Positions 37,946-46,908 of a stretch of 57,089 nt of DNA are shown here, in pieces. The DNA lies in contig CAIRYW010000004.1 in the NCBI GenBank assembly GCA_903882905.1, forward strand, positions 115,117-172,205. The letters are read 5' to 3'. The DNA is from an uncultured bacterium (GTDB lineage Bacteria > Patescibacteriota > Minisyncoccia > Phycocordibacterales > CAIRYW01). The translations under genes and the position numbers were made by a program. Positions within the stretch are counted from its first letter, which is position 1, and every line of letters begins with the position of its first letter. Below the pieces are notes generated by a model. That model ran no database searches and was not told where the DNA came from. It saw only the letters and a list, made by a program, of their open reading frames with translations.

Positions 37946-39457
37946 ATGTCTGTCACTCAAATAAAAAAAAATACAAAACGACCTCCTGTAGTATCCGTTA
38001 TGGGTCATATTGACCATGGAAAATCAACACTTCTTGATTACATAAGAAAAACAAAAGTAACAGAAACTGAGGTCGGAGGAATCACTCAAAAAATGAGTGC
38101 CTATAAAATTCTGCGTGATGAAGGCGGTGAAAAAAGATCAATTACCTTTTTAGATACTCCTGGACACGAAGCATTTAAAGAATTAAGAAACAGAGGGGCG
38201 CAAGTTGCAGATATTGCCATTCTTGTTGTAGCGGCTGATGAAGGAGTCAAACCTCAAACAGTTGAGGCAATTAAAGCAATTAAACTCGCAAATCTTCCAC
38301 TCATTGTTGCGATAAACAAAATTGACAAGCCAAATGCAAATCCAGACAAGGTAAAAAACGGACTTCTTGAACACGAAGTTTTTGTTGAAGGATATGGAGG
38401 TGATACTCCTGTTATTGAAGTCTCCGCTATTACTGGACAAGGAGTTGATGAACTTCTAGATATGATTGTTCTTCTTGCTGATATTCTAGATCTCAAGCAA
38501 AATTTAAATATAAATGCGGAAGGAATTGTAATCGAAGCACAAAATGACAAAAACAAAGGTGTCAGCGCAACAGTCATAATCAAAGATGGAGTACTAAAAA
38601 ACGGACAATTTATTGTTTGTGAATCTTCCCTAGCACCCGTAAGAATGATGGAGGATTTTCTCGGCAAAAAAATTACTGAAGCTAGCGCAAGTGATCCAGT
38701 AAAAATTATTGGGTTTTCTTCTGTTCCTCCAGTTGGTAGTATTTTTCAAACATTGAGCTCTAAAAAAGATGCGGAAGCTTTAGTTGAAGAAAGTAAATTA
38801 AATAATTCAAAATTAAAAGAAGCAATACAAATTGGAGGAGAAAGCGAAAATCCATTCATAATTCCAGTCATTATTAAAGCTTCGACAACTGATGTAATTG
38901 AAGCAATCATTCATGAAATTAGAAAAATAAAAAACGATAGAGTTGGTATAAAAATAATTTCTACTGGCGTCGGTTTTATTTCTGAGGGTGACGTTAAAGG
39001 TGCCCTTGGAAATCCAGAAACGATTGTTTTAGGGTTTGAAGTAAAGACTGATGCTTCAGCAAAAATACTTGCAGAAAGAGCTCAGGTAGTCATTCAATCA
39101 TTTAATATAATTTACAAACTTTCAGAATGGCTTCTAGAATACATTAAAGAGAAAACACCAAAATTAATGATTGAGGAGATGACAGGTAGAGCAAAGATTT
39201 TGAAATTTTTTAGTAAAACAAAAGACAAGCAAGTTATCGGGGCTCGCGTTGAAGAAGGTTTCATAAAAAAAGATTCAGATGTAAAAATAATGCGAAGAGA
39301 TACCTTAATTGCGACTGGGAAAATTCGCGAACTTCAACAATCAAGAGCAAAAGCAAACGAAGTAACAGAAGGTCAAGAATTTGGAGCAATGATTGAATCA
39401 AAAATGGATTTAGCACCAGGAGACAAAATCGAATGTTATCAAACAATTGAAAAGTAA
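37946..39457 (+). CDS. infB: Translation initiation factor IF-2 (short form lacking long N-terminal region)
   Basis: 503 aa. [25 protein letters not shown], and C-terminal beta-barrels. Confidence 0.93.
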   Translation: MSVTQIKKNTKRPPVVSVMGHIDHGKSTLLDYIRKTKVTETEVGGITQKMSAYKILRDEGGEKRSITFLDTPGHEAFKELRNRGAQVADIAILVVAADEGVKPQTVEAIKAIKLANLPLIVAINKIDKPNANPDKVKNGLLEHEVFVEGYGGDTPVIEVSAITGQGVDELLDMIVLLADILDLKQNLNINAEGIVIEAQNDKNKGVSATVIIKDGVLKNGQFIVCESSLAPVRMMEDFLGKKITEASASDPVKIIGFSSVPPVGSIFQTLSSKKDAEALVEESKLNNSKLKEAIQIGGESENPFIIPVIIKASTTDVIEAIIHEIRKIKNDRVGIKIISTGVGFISEGDVKGALGNPETIVLGFEVKTDASAKILAERAQVVIQSFNIIYKLSEWLLEYIKEKTPKLMIEEMTGRAKILKFFSKTKDKQVIGARVEEGFIKKDSDVKIMRRDTLIATGKIRELQQSRAKANEVTEGQEFGAMIESKMDLAPGDKIECYQTIEK

Positions 39458-39471
39458 TTCACCCCCAAAAT

Positions 39472-39810
39472 ATGTCAGACATAAGGCACAACGAGCATAG
39501 AACTGAAAAAATTGAAAGTATCCTAGTGGAACTTGCTTCAAAATATTTTGCTATTGAAGCTGGCCCAGGAAGTTTACTTACAGTTACAAAAGCTGAAGTT
39601 GATGATTCATCCAAAAATGCAACAATTTTTTTTACTGTATTTCCTGATAGCAAGGAAAGTTCTGCTTTGGATTTTGTTAAGAGAAAAAGAAGTGAATTTA
39701 GAGATTTCATAAAAGACCAGTCTCGTCTATCTATGATTCCCTTCATTGATTTTGAAATAGATTTGGGAGAAAAAAACAGACAAAGGATTGATACCCTATC
39801 GCAAATCTAG
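39472..39810 (+). CDS. rbfA: Ribosome-binding factor A
   Basis: 112 aa, directly after infB (conserved infB-rbfA order). KH-like pattern LLTVTKAEVDDSSKNATIFFTVF. Confidence 0.7.
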   Translation: MSDIRHNEHRTEKIESILVELASKYFAIEAGPGSLLTVTKAEVDDSSKNATIFFTVFPDSKESSALDFVKRKRSEFRDFIKDQSRLSMIPFIDFEIDLGEKNRQRIDTLSQI

Positions 39811-39847
39811 TAAAAATTTGCTAAATTAGTAGAGTTCTTTTGAAAAT

Positions 39848-39924
39848 GGCGTAGTGGCGAAGTTGGTTAACGCTGCAGTTTGCAAAACTGCCATTCGCCG
39901 GTTCGAACCCGGCCTACGCCTCCA
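39848..39924 (+). tRNA. tRNA-Cys (anticodon GCA), CCA encoded
   Basis: Acceptor ggcgtag/ctacgcc, anticodon arm gcagt-ttGCAaa-actgc, T-arm gccgg-ttcgaac-ccggc, TCCA. Confidence 0.9.
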
Positions 39925-39946
39925 AATAGCTTTCAGCTATTTGTTC

Positions 39947-40030
39947 GCCCGAGTGATGAAATTGGTATACATAGAGGACTTAAAATTCTCAGGCCTAAAG
40001 GCCGTGTGGGTTCGACTCCCACCTCGGGCA
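39947..40030 (+). tRNA. tRNA-Leu (anticodon TAA)
   Basis: Acceptor gcccgag/ctcgggc, anticodon arm gagga-ctTAAaa-ttctc, long variable arm, T-arm gtggg-ttcgact-cccac. No encoded CCA (ACCC). Confidence 0.88.
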
Positions 40031-40208
40031 CCCATATTAAAAGCCGTCTTTAAAGACGGCTTTTAATATGGGTTGTGGGAGTCGAAGGTCGGAGCGCGTC
40101 GGCGCGAGACGGGGTCGCGCAAAATTTTAGCAAAAATTTATGCGTGACCGATTCCCTTTTACAAAATATCCAAAAGGTGTACTGATCCTGTAAGGGTCGA
40201 GTTCCCAC
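40031..40208 (+). ncRNA. tRNA-3'-linked structured element, A-type + B-type domains
   Basis: Hairpin 40031-40072. gtgggagtcgaa (exact rc of the tRNA T-loop + 3' T-stem). A core GGTCGGAGCGCGTCGGCGCGAGACGGGGTCGCGC...GCGTGAC-cgattccc. B part cctttt...aaaagg TGTACTGA tcc-tgtaa-ggg tcgagttcccac. Confidence 0.5.
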
Positions 40209-40240
40209 CTGTAATTTGATATAATTAACAAATCAAAATT

Positions 40241-40429
40241 ATGGATAAAAACACAAAATTTAAATGCGAAAAATGTAAAAAGATTTTTAATTATATAGAA
40301 ATTGAGGCCAATCTCGATCTAGGTGTGCAAACTGAAAAAAAATTAATGGCGGTAGACTTTCCCTATGTTCACAAAGATTGTGGAGGTATTATTTTTCAAT
40401 TAAACACAGCAAATGAAAAAATTTACTAA
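40241..40429 (+). CDS. Small zinc-ribbon-like protein
   Basis: 62 aa. FKCEKCKK...HKDCGG (CxxC...C). Confidence 0.45.
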   Translation: MDKNTKFKCEKCKKIFNYIEIEANLDLGVQTEKKLMAVDFPYVHKDCGGIIFQLNTANEKIY

Positions 40430-40889
40430 AGAAAATTGGTTTAAAATTTTAATAGGTTTATTCCTATTATTTATCTGTATTTTTCTTATTTATTACTTTT
40501 TATTTTTTATTCCCTTAAATAGGAAAATTGAAGACCAAAGAAAGGTTGCTGATTACAATTTAGTGCAAAATCAGAAATGTGCTGACGATGGATTAATTTA
40601 TTTTAACAATTACAAAAAAGATTTAGAGTCTAAAACAAAAAGTAATGTTTCTGGGACTGCTGAATATCATTTTAATAACACTCTTAAAACATGTTTAGTC
40701 AAAATGGCTTTTCCAGATTCAAAAGAGTCAATATATTTAATAAAAGATATATACAGTAACAAAATAATTATTAGTAGTTATATGACATTTCAGATCCAAA
40801 ATGCCATAGCTATTACTAATTTTCCGTTTCCAAACGAGATTCCCTATAGTGACTACACAACTCAAGCCGATAAATTAATGAGCGAATAA
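40413..40889 (+). CDS. Membrane-anchored hypothetical protein
   Basis: 158 aa. One N-terminal TM (ILIGLFLLFICIFLIYYFLFFI). Overlaps the previous ORF by 17 nt. Confidence 0.55.
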   Translation: MKKFTKENWFKILIGLFLLFICIFLIYYFLFFIPLNRKIEDQRKVADYNLVQNQKCADDGLIYFNNYKKDLESKTKSNVSGTAEYHFNNTLKTCLVKMAFPDSKESIYLIKDIYSNKIIISSYMTFQIQNAIAITNFPFPNEIPYSDYTTQADKLMSE

Positions 40890-40893
40890 ATTA

Positions 40894-41067
40894 ATGAGAA
40901 AATTTTATTGTCCAAAATGTAAATTAGAATTAAACGAATCTGATATAAAATTAGAAATTAATTCTGACGTGGAGGATAAAGGTAACGGTTCACCAACTTT
41001 CTACAAAAAATTTATTTACTACTGCGTTAAACATAACCCTCCTCAAATAGTTGAGGAAGTAAAATAA
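40894..41067 (+). CDS. Small zinc-ribbon-like protein, paralogue-like of 40241..40429
   Basis: Below the ORF-track cutoff. My translation is MRKFYCPKCKLELNESDIKLEINSDVEDKGNGSPTFYKKFIYYCVKHNPPQIVEEVK (57 aa). It has the same F-x-C-x-K-C-K start as the first small ORF. Confidence 0.4.
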   Translation: MRKFYCPKCKLELNESDIKLEINSDVEDKGNGSPTFYKKFIYYCVKHNPPQIVEEVK

Positions 41068-41082
41068 TAATTAATCCTCCTC

Positions 41083-42057
41083 CTAATTCGCATTCTTACT
41101 AATGAGCAGCTTCATATCTCCAAATCTATCATCAGAACTTAAAACAGTATCAATATAATATCCCTCATCACCATTTTTTGCTCTAAGAATTATTAAATTT
41201 TGTTTTGCTCTGCCTGTGTATCCAGTTTTTCCACCAACCATAAAATTGACTGCAAACTCATCAATTAATTTATCAGTTGAATTTGCAACATGATGTAAAT
41301 TTCCAGAAGCATCCATTATTTTGTATGAACTTAAAGCACTAACAGCAAAAATATTTGGATATTTTAATTCTAAATATTCTGCTAGTTTTGTTAAATCACT
41401 AACTGTAGATAAGTTATCTTGAGAAAGATTAGGAGAATCTAATCCTGATGGATTGTAGTATTTTGTATTTGTCATACCCAAGCTCAGAGCTTGGGTGTTC
41501 ATTGCTTGAATGAATTTTGCTAGTCCATAATGATCAGCAATCGCTTGTGCTGCTTCATTATCTGACTCAATCAAAAGTGAATACAAAAGTTGATCAAGTG
41601 TTAATTTATCTCCAACCTTATACCTACTTAAAGTACCCTCAACCAAATCACCCTCTGAAATTTGAATTACATCATTTTTATTCATAAGGCTCGTCGCAAC
41701 CAAAGCAGTCATAAGTTTTGTGATACTTGCAATTCGAAGAGGTGTATCAAGATTTTGCCCAATAAGATTTTTAGTTTGACTATTTGAGCTAACATAATAA
41801 GTTCCATACGCCAAAGCAGAAATTGTTGTTCTCTGTGGAGGTACAACACTTTCTGCAGGTGAATTTTGTCCAAAACTTAGTGACTCAATACTTTTAACAA
41901 TTGGGTTATTTGTTATTACAGGAATAATATAATCCAGAGTAGATATTGGATTTTGAGCTGAATCATTTTTTATTACGACTTGGTTTTGAAAACCAATAAT
42001 ACATCCAGCACAAATTGCAATAATTGATCCCCAAAATAAAATTTTATTTTTTTGCAT
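41083..42057 (-). CDS. D-alanyl-D-alanine carboxypeptidase (S11)
   Basis: 324 aa. SITKLMT (SxxK), ESDN (SxN), KTGYT (KTG). Confidence 0.8.
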   Translation of the reverse strand: MQKNKILFWGSIIAICAGCIIGFQNQVVIKNDSAQNPISTLDYIIPVITNNPIVKSIESLSFGQNSPAESVVPPQRTTISALAYGTYYVSSNSQTKNLIGQNLDTPLRIASITKLMTALVATSLMNKNDVIQISEGDLVEGTLSRYKVGDKLTLDQLLYSLLIESDNEAAQAIADHYGLAKFIQAMNTQALSLGMTNTKYYNPSGLDSPNLSQDNLSTVSDLTKLAEYLELKYPNIFAVSALSSYKIMDASGNLHHVANSTDKLIDEFAVNFMVGGKTGYTGRAKQNLIILRAKNGDEGYYIDTVLSSDDRFGDMKLLISKNAN

Positions 42058-43357
42058 CCTCGATTTTTTTTATTTCTTCAAGCACAACTTCCCTGTCATC
42101 CCAAGGGATAGTTTTGCCTCCTATAATCATTGACTGTTCAGCCCCCTTTCCAGTAAACATTATGACGTCCCCAAGGCCTGCTAGTGACAAAGCCTTTTTT
42201 ATACCTTCTCTACGATCAAGAATTACAAAAAGATTCTCTTCTCTTTTTTTCCCAACACTTTCAGCGGCAAGCGCAATATCATCTGCGATCGGTAATGGAT
42301 CATCCTCATATGGATCAACATTAGAGCAAATAACATAATCTGCACCTCGTCCCACGATTTCTCCCATATCTTTTCTCTTTACTTTATCTCTTCCACCCCC
42401 TTCTGCTCCCAAAAGAATAATCACTTTATTTTGCAAAGCTAAATTTCTAGAGGTCTTTACTGCCCAAGTCATACTATTTTTTTCGTGAGCATAATCTACA
42501 AAAACTCGGAAACCTAAATTACAAGGAATCTCTTCCATTCTACCTGGAATTTTTGTTATCTTTTTAATTCCTTCAATTGCTTGATTCATATCTAAATTCA
42601 AAACTTTAGCAACCGCAATAGCAGGCAGAGCATTCCAAATATTAAATTGACCTGGAATTGAAATCTCAACTTTTTTATCATCCAAAACAAAACTAACTTT
42701 TCCGTCTACCTCAGAAGAATTCTTTGCTTGCATGTCAGAATCCTCCTTTACGCTATATGTTATTTTTTGATCTGCTTTAGATGCTAAATAGTAATCAGCG
42801 TTTTCATCGTCAGCATTTGCAATAATAGTCTTGAGAACTTTTTTTCCTTTGAAAAACTTTTGTTTTGATTTTGAAAGTGTATCAAACAAAATTGATTTGG
42901 CTTTTTTATAATTCTCAAAATTTCCATGGCTTTCTATGTGTTCGGGAGAAAGATTAGTAAAAACAGCAATATCAAAATCAATTCCTATGTGTCTACTTTG
43001 AACAAGTCCTTGTGAAGTAATCTCTACAATTACACATTCACACTTCTCACGAAGCATTTTCCTCAAAAACTTTTGAATTGAAAATCTCCCAGGCATTGTC
43101 ATATGGAAATCGTTCACTTGTTCAAAATCACCTATTCGAATATTAGCAGTTGAAATAATTCCTGTTTTAACTCCACAATTACTTAACGCTGACCAAATAA
43201 AATTTGCCGTTGATGTCTTACCTTTTGTGCCCGTAACACCAATTACTATTATTTTTTTAGAAGGAAAATGGTAAAAAATTGTTGCAAGGTATGCAAAAGT
43301 TAAATGATATAAATGTAAAACTTTTCTGCCAAATATTTTTTTTAAGAATGATTTCAT
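42044..43357 (-). CDS. Mur ligase family protein (MurE-like, lacking the usual N-terminal domain)
   Basis: 437 aa. P-loop GVTGTKGKTST and DYAHEKNS. Overlaps neighbours on both sides (operon with femX-like and dac). Confidence 0.7.
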   Translation of the reverse strand: MKSFLKKIFGRKVLHLYHLTFAYLATIFYHFPSKKIIVIGVTGTKGKTSTANFIWSALSNCGVKTGIISTANIRIGDFEQVNDFHMTMPGRFSIQKFLRKMLREKCECVIVEITSQGLVQSRHIGIDFDIAVFTNLSPEHIESHGNFENYKKAKSILFDTLSKSKQKFFKGKKVLKTIIANADDENADYYLASKADQKITYSVKEDSDMQAKNSSEVDGKVSFVLDDKKVEISIPGQFNIWNALPAIAVAKVLNLDMNQAIEGIKKITKIPGRMEEIPCNLGFRVFVDYAHEKNSMTWAVKTSRNLALQNKVIILLGAEGGGRDKVKRKDMGEIVGRGADYVICSNVDPYEDDPLPIADDIALAAESVGKKREENLFVILDRREGIKKALSLAGLGDVIMFTGKGAEQSMIIGGKTIPWDDREVVLEEIKKIEDAKK

Positions 43358-44373
43358 TATCTAAATCTTTTTGCCCAAGCAATAGCTTTATACCAAAATT
43401 TACTTTTGATCATATCAAGAAGCTCAGCGTGTCTAATAGTTTCCCCACCAAATTTTTTCTTAAAGGTTGTGATACCTTGCCATGAGCCATCTTTTTCCTT
43501 TGCCTCTTCAATTCCACCAAAATTATAAAATTTCATCTCATCTTTTTTAGCTCTAAGAATTCCTGCCCAATGAGCCATATATGGTCCACACAGGTTCTTT
43601 TTTTCATCAGAAGTACCTCCAAAAAGATAATAAGCAGTATTTCCAAATACTACAATAAGGTGAGCAGCTAAAAAGTCTTCTTGATGTTTTGCTAGAACTA
43701 AATAACCTCCTTTATTTACAGTTATGTATTCAAAAATGTTTTCATAATATTTTTTAGAATGAAGTGAAAAATGATTTCGGCTTGCAGTCAAAACCATCAG
43801 TGAATAAAAGACATCAAAATATTTCATAAAATTCTCATCCTCAATAATTATTTCGACTCCCTTTTTTTCAGCAAGTTTAATTGAGTACCTTGTTTTTTCA
43901 TGCATTTTTGCCAAAAGTTCTTTGGAGTTTTTTTCAACATTTAATGTCCATTCAAATCTAGGTTGAATTGGTGACATAAACTTTAATTTCGGAAGTGGCT
44001 GCGCCAAATTTGGCGGAAAAAAACTATTTGCTTTATCAAAAGGAGTCGCATCAATACGTAAAAAAACTCCACCTTTTTCGTCTAAAATTTTTTGGCAAAT
44101 CTCAGAAAAAAAATCATTAAGCCCATTTTGATTTTTTACAATCACAGGTCCATATGGAGCGTACCAAATATATTTACCAAACGGCAATTTATATTTTATA
44201 AACTGACAAAAAAGTACAGGTTTGCCTGAAAAATCAACTCTTATCCTAAAGACCTCATCGCCGTTTTTTTCCTGCCATTCTCCATAACTAAAGGATTGGG
44301 TCAAAGGAGCTCCTACAACGAGTGATTCCAAATCCCAATGAATCTTATTTTTTACTTCTTTGGCCTCGAACAT
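43357..44373 (-). CDS. FemAB-family peptidoglycan aminoacyltransferase (FemX-like)
   Basis: 338 aa. PLTQSFSYGEWQEKNG, duplicated GNAT-like halves, LFGGTSDE. Confidence 0.7.
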   Translation of the reverse strand: MFEAKEVKNKIHWDLESLVVGAPLTQSFSYGEWQEKNGDEVFRIRVDFSGKPVLFCQFIKYKLPFGKYIWYAPYGPVIVKNQNGLNDFFSEICQKILDEKGGVFLRIDATPFDKANSFFPPNLAQPLPKLKFMSPIQPRFEWTLNVEKNSKELLAKMHEKTRYSIKLAEKKGVEIIIEDENFMKYFDVFYSLMVLTASRNHFSLHSKKYYENIFEYITVNKGGYLVLAKHQEDFLAAHLIVVFGNTAYYLFGGTSDEKKNLCGPYMAHWAGILRAKKDEMKFYNFGGIEEAKEKDGSWQGITTFKKKFGGETIRHAELLDMIKSKFWYKAIAWAKRFR

Positions 44374-44479
44374 AAATGAGATTATAACATAGGGTTACTT
44401 CTTGTTTGGAATAATTGCTTTGATTTATTTAACTTTTCTGGTATATTTTTGTAATTCAATTGAGAATTTGAAGATATAT

Positions 44480-44552
44480 CCACCCATAGCTCAGTCGGTA
44501 GAGCAGCTCCCTTTTAAGGAGAGGGTCGTAGGTTCGATTCCTACTGGGTGGA
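44480..44552 (+). tRNA. tRNA-Lys (anticodon TTT)
   Basis: Acceptor ccaccca/tgggtgg, D-arm gctc-agtcggta-gagc, anticodon loop ctTTTaa, T-arm gtagg-ttcgatt-cctac. No encoded CCA. Confidence 0.85.
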
Positions 44553-44588
44553 CAATTTAACAGCGAAGCTGGTAAATTATCCGCCCAA

Positions 44589-44724
44589 GCAAGTGCTACT
44601 AGCACTTGCGAGTAGGAATCGAACGCCTCCGCTATATTTTTTCAGCAGAAAAAATAGCGAGGCGCGTTTTGAGAAATTTTTTTGACGAAAAAAAATTTCT
44701 CAAAAAGATACTCCTACTGGGTTG
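44589..44724 (+). ncRNA. tRNA-3'-linked structured element, variant (after tRNA-Lys)
   Basis: Hairpin gcaagtgct/agcacttgc. gtaggaatcgaac (exact rc of the tRNA-Lys T-arm). Hairpin gcctccgctatatttttt-cagcag-aaaaaatagcgaggc. Hairpin ttttgagaaattttttt-gacg-aaaaaaaatttctcaaaa. Then ctcctactgggt (copy of the tRNA 3' end). Confidence 0.45.
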
Positions 44725-44761
44725 ATTTGAATTTCGTCGAAAAAATTTGCGATTATGAATC

Positions 44762-44843
44762 GGGCGAGTGGCGGAATTGGTATACGCGCTAGTCTTAGGA
44801 ACTAGTTCCGAAAGGATTGGGGGTTCGAGTCCCCCCTCGCCCA
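44762..44843 (+). tRNA. tRNA-Leu (anticodon TAG)
   Basis: Acceptor gggcgag/ctcgccc, anticodon arm ctagt-ctTAGga-actag, variable arm, T-arm ggggg-ttcgagt-ccccc. No encoded CCA. Confidence 0.88.
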
Positions 44844-45013
44844 CATTTAAAAAAAACGCTTTTGAGCGTTTTTTTTGTGGTCGAGAGAAACTGCCGGGTG
44901 GCAGTTTCGTGGGGAACTCGAAAACCTTTTGAGATTTTTCTAAAAGAAAATCCAAAAGGTGTACTGACCCTGTAGGGGTCGAGATTCCCCCTTCACCTGT
45001 GAACATCGTGAAC
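44841..45013 (+). ncRNA. tRNA-3'-linked structured element, B-type with leader hairpin
   Basis: Hairpin 44841-44880. Leader hairpin gaaactgcc-gggt-ggcagtttc. ggggaactcgaa / ccttttg...caaaagg / TGTACTGA / ccc-tgta-ggg / tcgagattccccc. Tail cacctgtgaacatcgtgaac. Confidence 0.5.
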
Positions 45014-45032
45014 TTTGTAGTAAACTTTTGGT

Positions 45033-46220
45033 ATGAAAGAACCAATGAAATTTGAACTTCCACCAGATGACGATAATGGTCAGGTGGAACAAGTCTCTGA
45101 AGCAAACAGAAGCCATAAAATTGAGACACCAAGCATCGAAGGACATAATAAAATTCAGTATGCAATGCTTACTGAATTGCGAGCCAAATATCCATACGAA
45201 AACTTATTAAGTGAAGAAAGACTTTTTAGAACTAGAAATACAAGTAGATACTATACTCAAATAAATGAAAAATTAGCTCAACAGAGATATGAAAACGCCC
45301 TGTCGTGTGGAGCGGAAATCCATTCTACTTTTATAGAATTTGGTGACAAAATTAAAGATAGCGATTGGATTAATTGTCTTAAAAATTACCCAATGAATGG
45401 TATTAATAGGATTTTCGATAAAAACGAAACTCCTTTTGCTGGTTTCTTTGATGAGAATCGAATTATGGAAGCTGAAAGTCTAATGAGTCCTTATTCATAC
45501 TTCTTAGAGGGTCAATTTGGTAGAGCTGTAGAATTTAAACCAGATATAGTAGCAGTGACACCTAAAAGTGGGATTATGCCATCAATAATCGTAAAACAGT
45601 TTTTCAGGACATATTCTGAGGAAACTGGAGATAATATAGATCCACAGTTTTTTATACCTCAAAGTAAATTTTTTAGTGGTTTCAAGAGTACAGATAATGG
45701 GAGAAAATATATCAAAGATATTCTCTCAACAAATCTAGGTTCTATAGAAGATTATCAGAAATATCTGGAAAATAGCGGAGAGATTTTGACTGGTAAATCA
45801 GTATCAGAAAAAGATCTAGCTAAAATCCAAAGATATAAGAAAACTTTTGAAGCTATTAAAAATATTATTATTTCCCATACAGAAGAAAAAGAAATAAAAG
45901 TATTAGTTTTTGACGAAGTAATTAATGAAGGAAAATCCTCAAAAGGAATGCAAGAACTTTTTGAAGTAATACTAGATATTTTAAAAGAAGGTGGTGAAAT
46001 CCCCAAAGACACCGTCATCAAGTCTCAAGTTTTAACAATGGGAAGTTTAGGAACTTCTTATAATTCTCCTGGTAAGGATTTTATTATGGACGAAGGTGGA
46101 AATAACTACAATTACGGATTAAAAGGTAGTTCAAAAGCAAAACATCATTTGACGCGCAAAGTATTTAAAATAATAGGCGAGAGTTTGGCAAAAGAGTTTA
46201 TTCTTGTCAGAAATTCTTAA
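45033..46220 (+). CDS. Hypothetical 395-aa protein with weak phosphoribosyltransferase-like motif
   Basis: Long ORF starting 20 nt after the element. KVLVFDEVINEGKSS loosely resembles the PRTase PRPP loop. Otherwise unknown. Confidence 0.55.
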   Translation: MKEPMKFELPPDDDNGQVEQVSEANRSHKIETPSIEGHNKIQYAMLTELRAKYPYENLLSEERLFRTRNTSRYYTQINEKLAQQRYENALSCGAEIHSTFIEFGDKIKDSDWINCLKNYPMNGINRIFDKNETPFAGFFDENRIMEAESLMSPYSYFLEGQFGRAVEFKPDIVAVTPKSGIMPSIIVKQFFRTYSEETGDNIDPQFFIPQSKFFSGFKSTDNGRKYIKDILSTNLGSIEDYQKYLENSGEILTGKSVSEKDLAKIQRYKKTFEAIKNIIISHTEEKEIKVLVFDEVINEGKSSKGMQELFEVILDILKEGGEIPKDTVIKSQVLTMGSLGTSYNSPGKDFIMDEGGNNYNYGLKGSSKAKHHLTRKVFKIIGESLAKEFILVRNS

Positions 46221-46311
46221 TCAGTATGTATAGCTCTTCAATAGCCTTTTTGATTTAATCTCCCTCATTTACAATTCAACACCTCCAACTCCCCTATACT
46301 TATTTTCACAT

Positions 46312-46540
46312 CATCAGCATACCTAACTAGTTCTGAAAGCCAGCCCATCTGTCCACATTAAAAAAACACCCTCTGGGTGTTTTTTGTTGGGCGGGGAGAA
46401 ACTGCTGGATGGCAGTTTCGCGGGGGACTCGAAAACCTTTTGAGATTATTTTGTGAGTTAGCGAAACAAAATATCCAAAAGGTGTACTGCTCCTGTAAGG
46501 AGAGAGATTTTCCTCTCGCCCACCTGTGAACGTTGTGAAT
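46312..46540 (+). ncRNA. Decayed tRNA-Leu-like 3' remnant (R1) + hairpin + B-type structured element
   Basis: R1 shares aactagttcYgaaag and gYccaca with tRNA-Leu(TAG). Hairpin 46353-46390. Leader hairpin gaaactgc/gcagtttc. gggggactcgaa (exact rc of the tRNA-Leu(TAG) T-arm). ccttttg...caaaagg, TGTACTG, ctcc-tgtaa-ggag, then ttttcctctcgcccac and cacctgtgaacgttgtgaa. Confidence 0.5.
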
Positions 46541-46631
46541 GTTATTACGATATAACAGACTACTTGACTAGAAATAATTTTAGTGTTTATATTGAACCTG
46601 AACAATTTACCTCTTTGAAAGGTCTAATTTT

Positions 46632-46805
46632 ATGACACAACACATCGTAATTGGAATACTCCTTTGTTGGACTATTCTGGGTTTAATCATTGACCCTCTG
46701 TTGCTTGGCAGTTCCTGGATAACTTCTTCACGGACGCGCGAAGTTGCAGTGCTAATACTTGGAGGACCAGTAACTTGGTTCCTTGCATTTGCTCAATGGT
46801 TTTAA
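46632..46805 (+). CDS. Small membrane protein (57 aa)
   Basis: Below the ORF-track cutoff. My translation is MTQHIVIGILLCWTILGLIIDPLLLGSSWITSSRTREVAVLILGGPVTWFLAFAQWF, with two hydrophobic helices. gaaagg lies 12 nt upstream. Confidence 0.4.
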   Translation: MTQHIVIGILLCWTILGLIIDPLLLGSSWITSSRTREVAVLILGGPVTWFLAFAQWF

Positions 46806-46908
46806 AACAAGACAACTCTAAAGTTCGACCTCGTTGCTTACGCGATGAGGTCATTTTTATAACAGACAAGTTTTAATATTTTCTAAATCTTTTATACTAA
46901 TTCTTACC

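Noticed and set aside
46341-46397. Integron attC-like reading of the hairpins (GCCCAAC ... GTTGGGC resembles the R''/R' RYYYAAC/GTTRRRY boxes).
   Set aside because: Only one side matches in any given copy (gcccaac in R2/R3, gttgggc after R1). There is no intI or attI, and the pairing is better explained as an extension of the tRNA-end palindrome.
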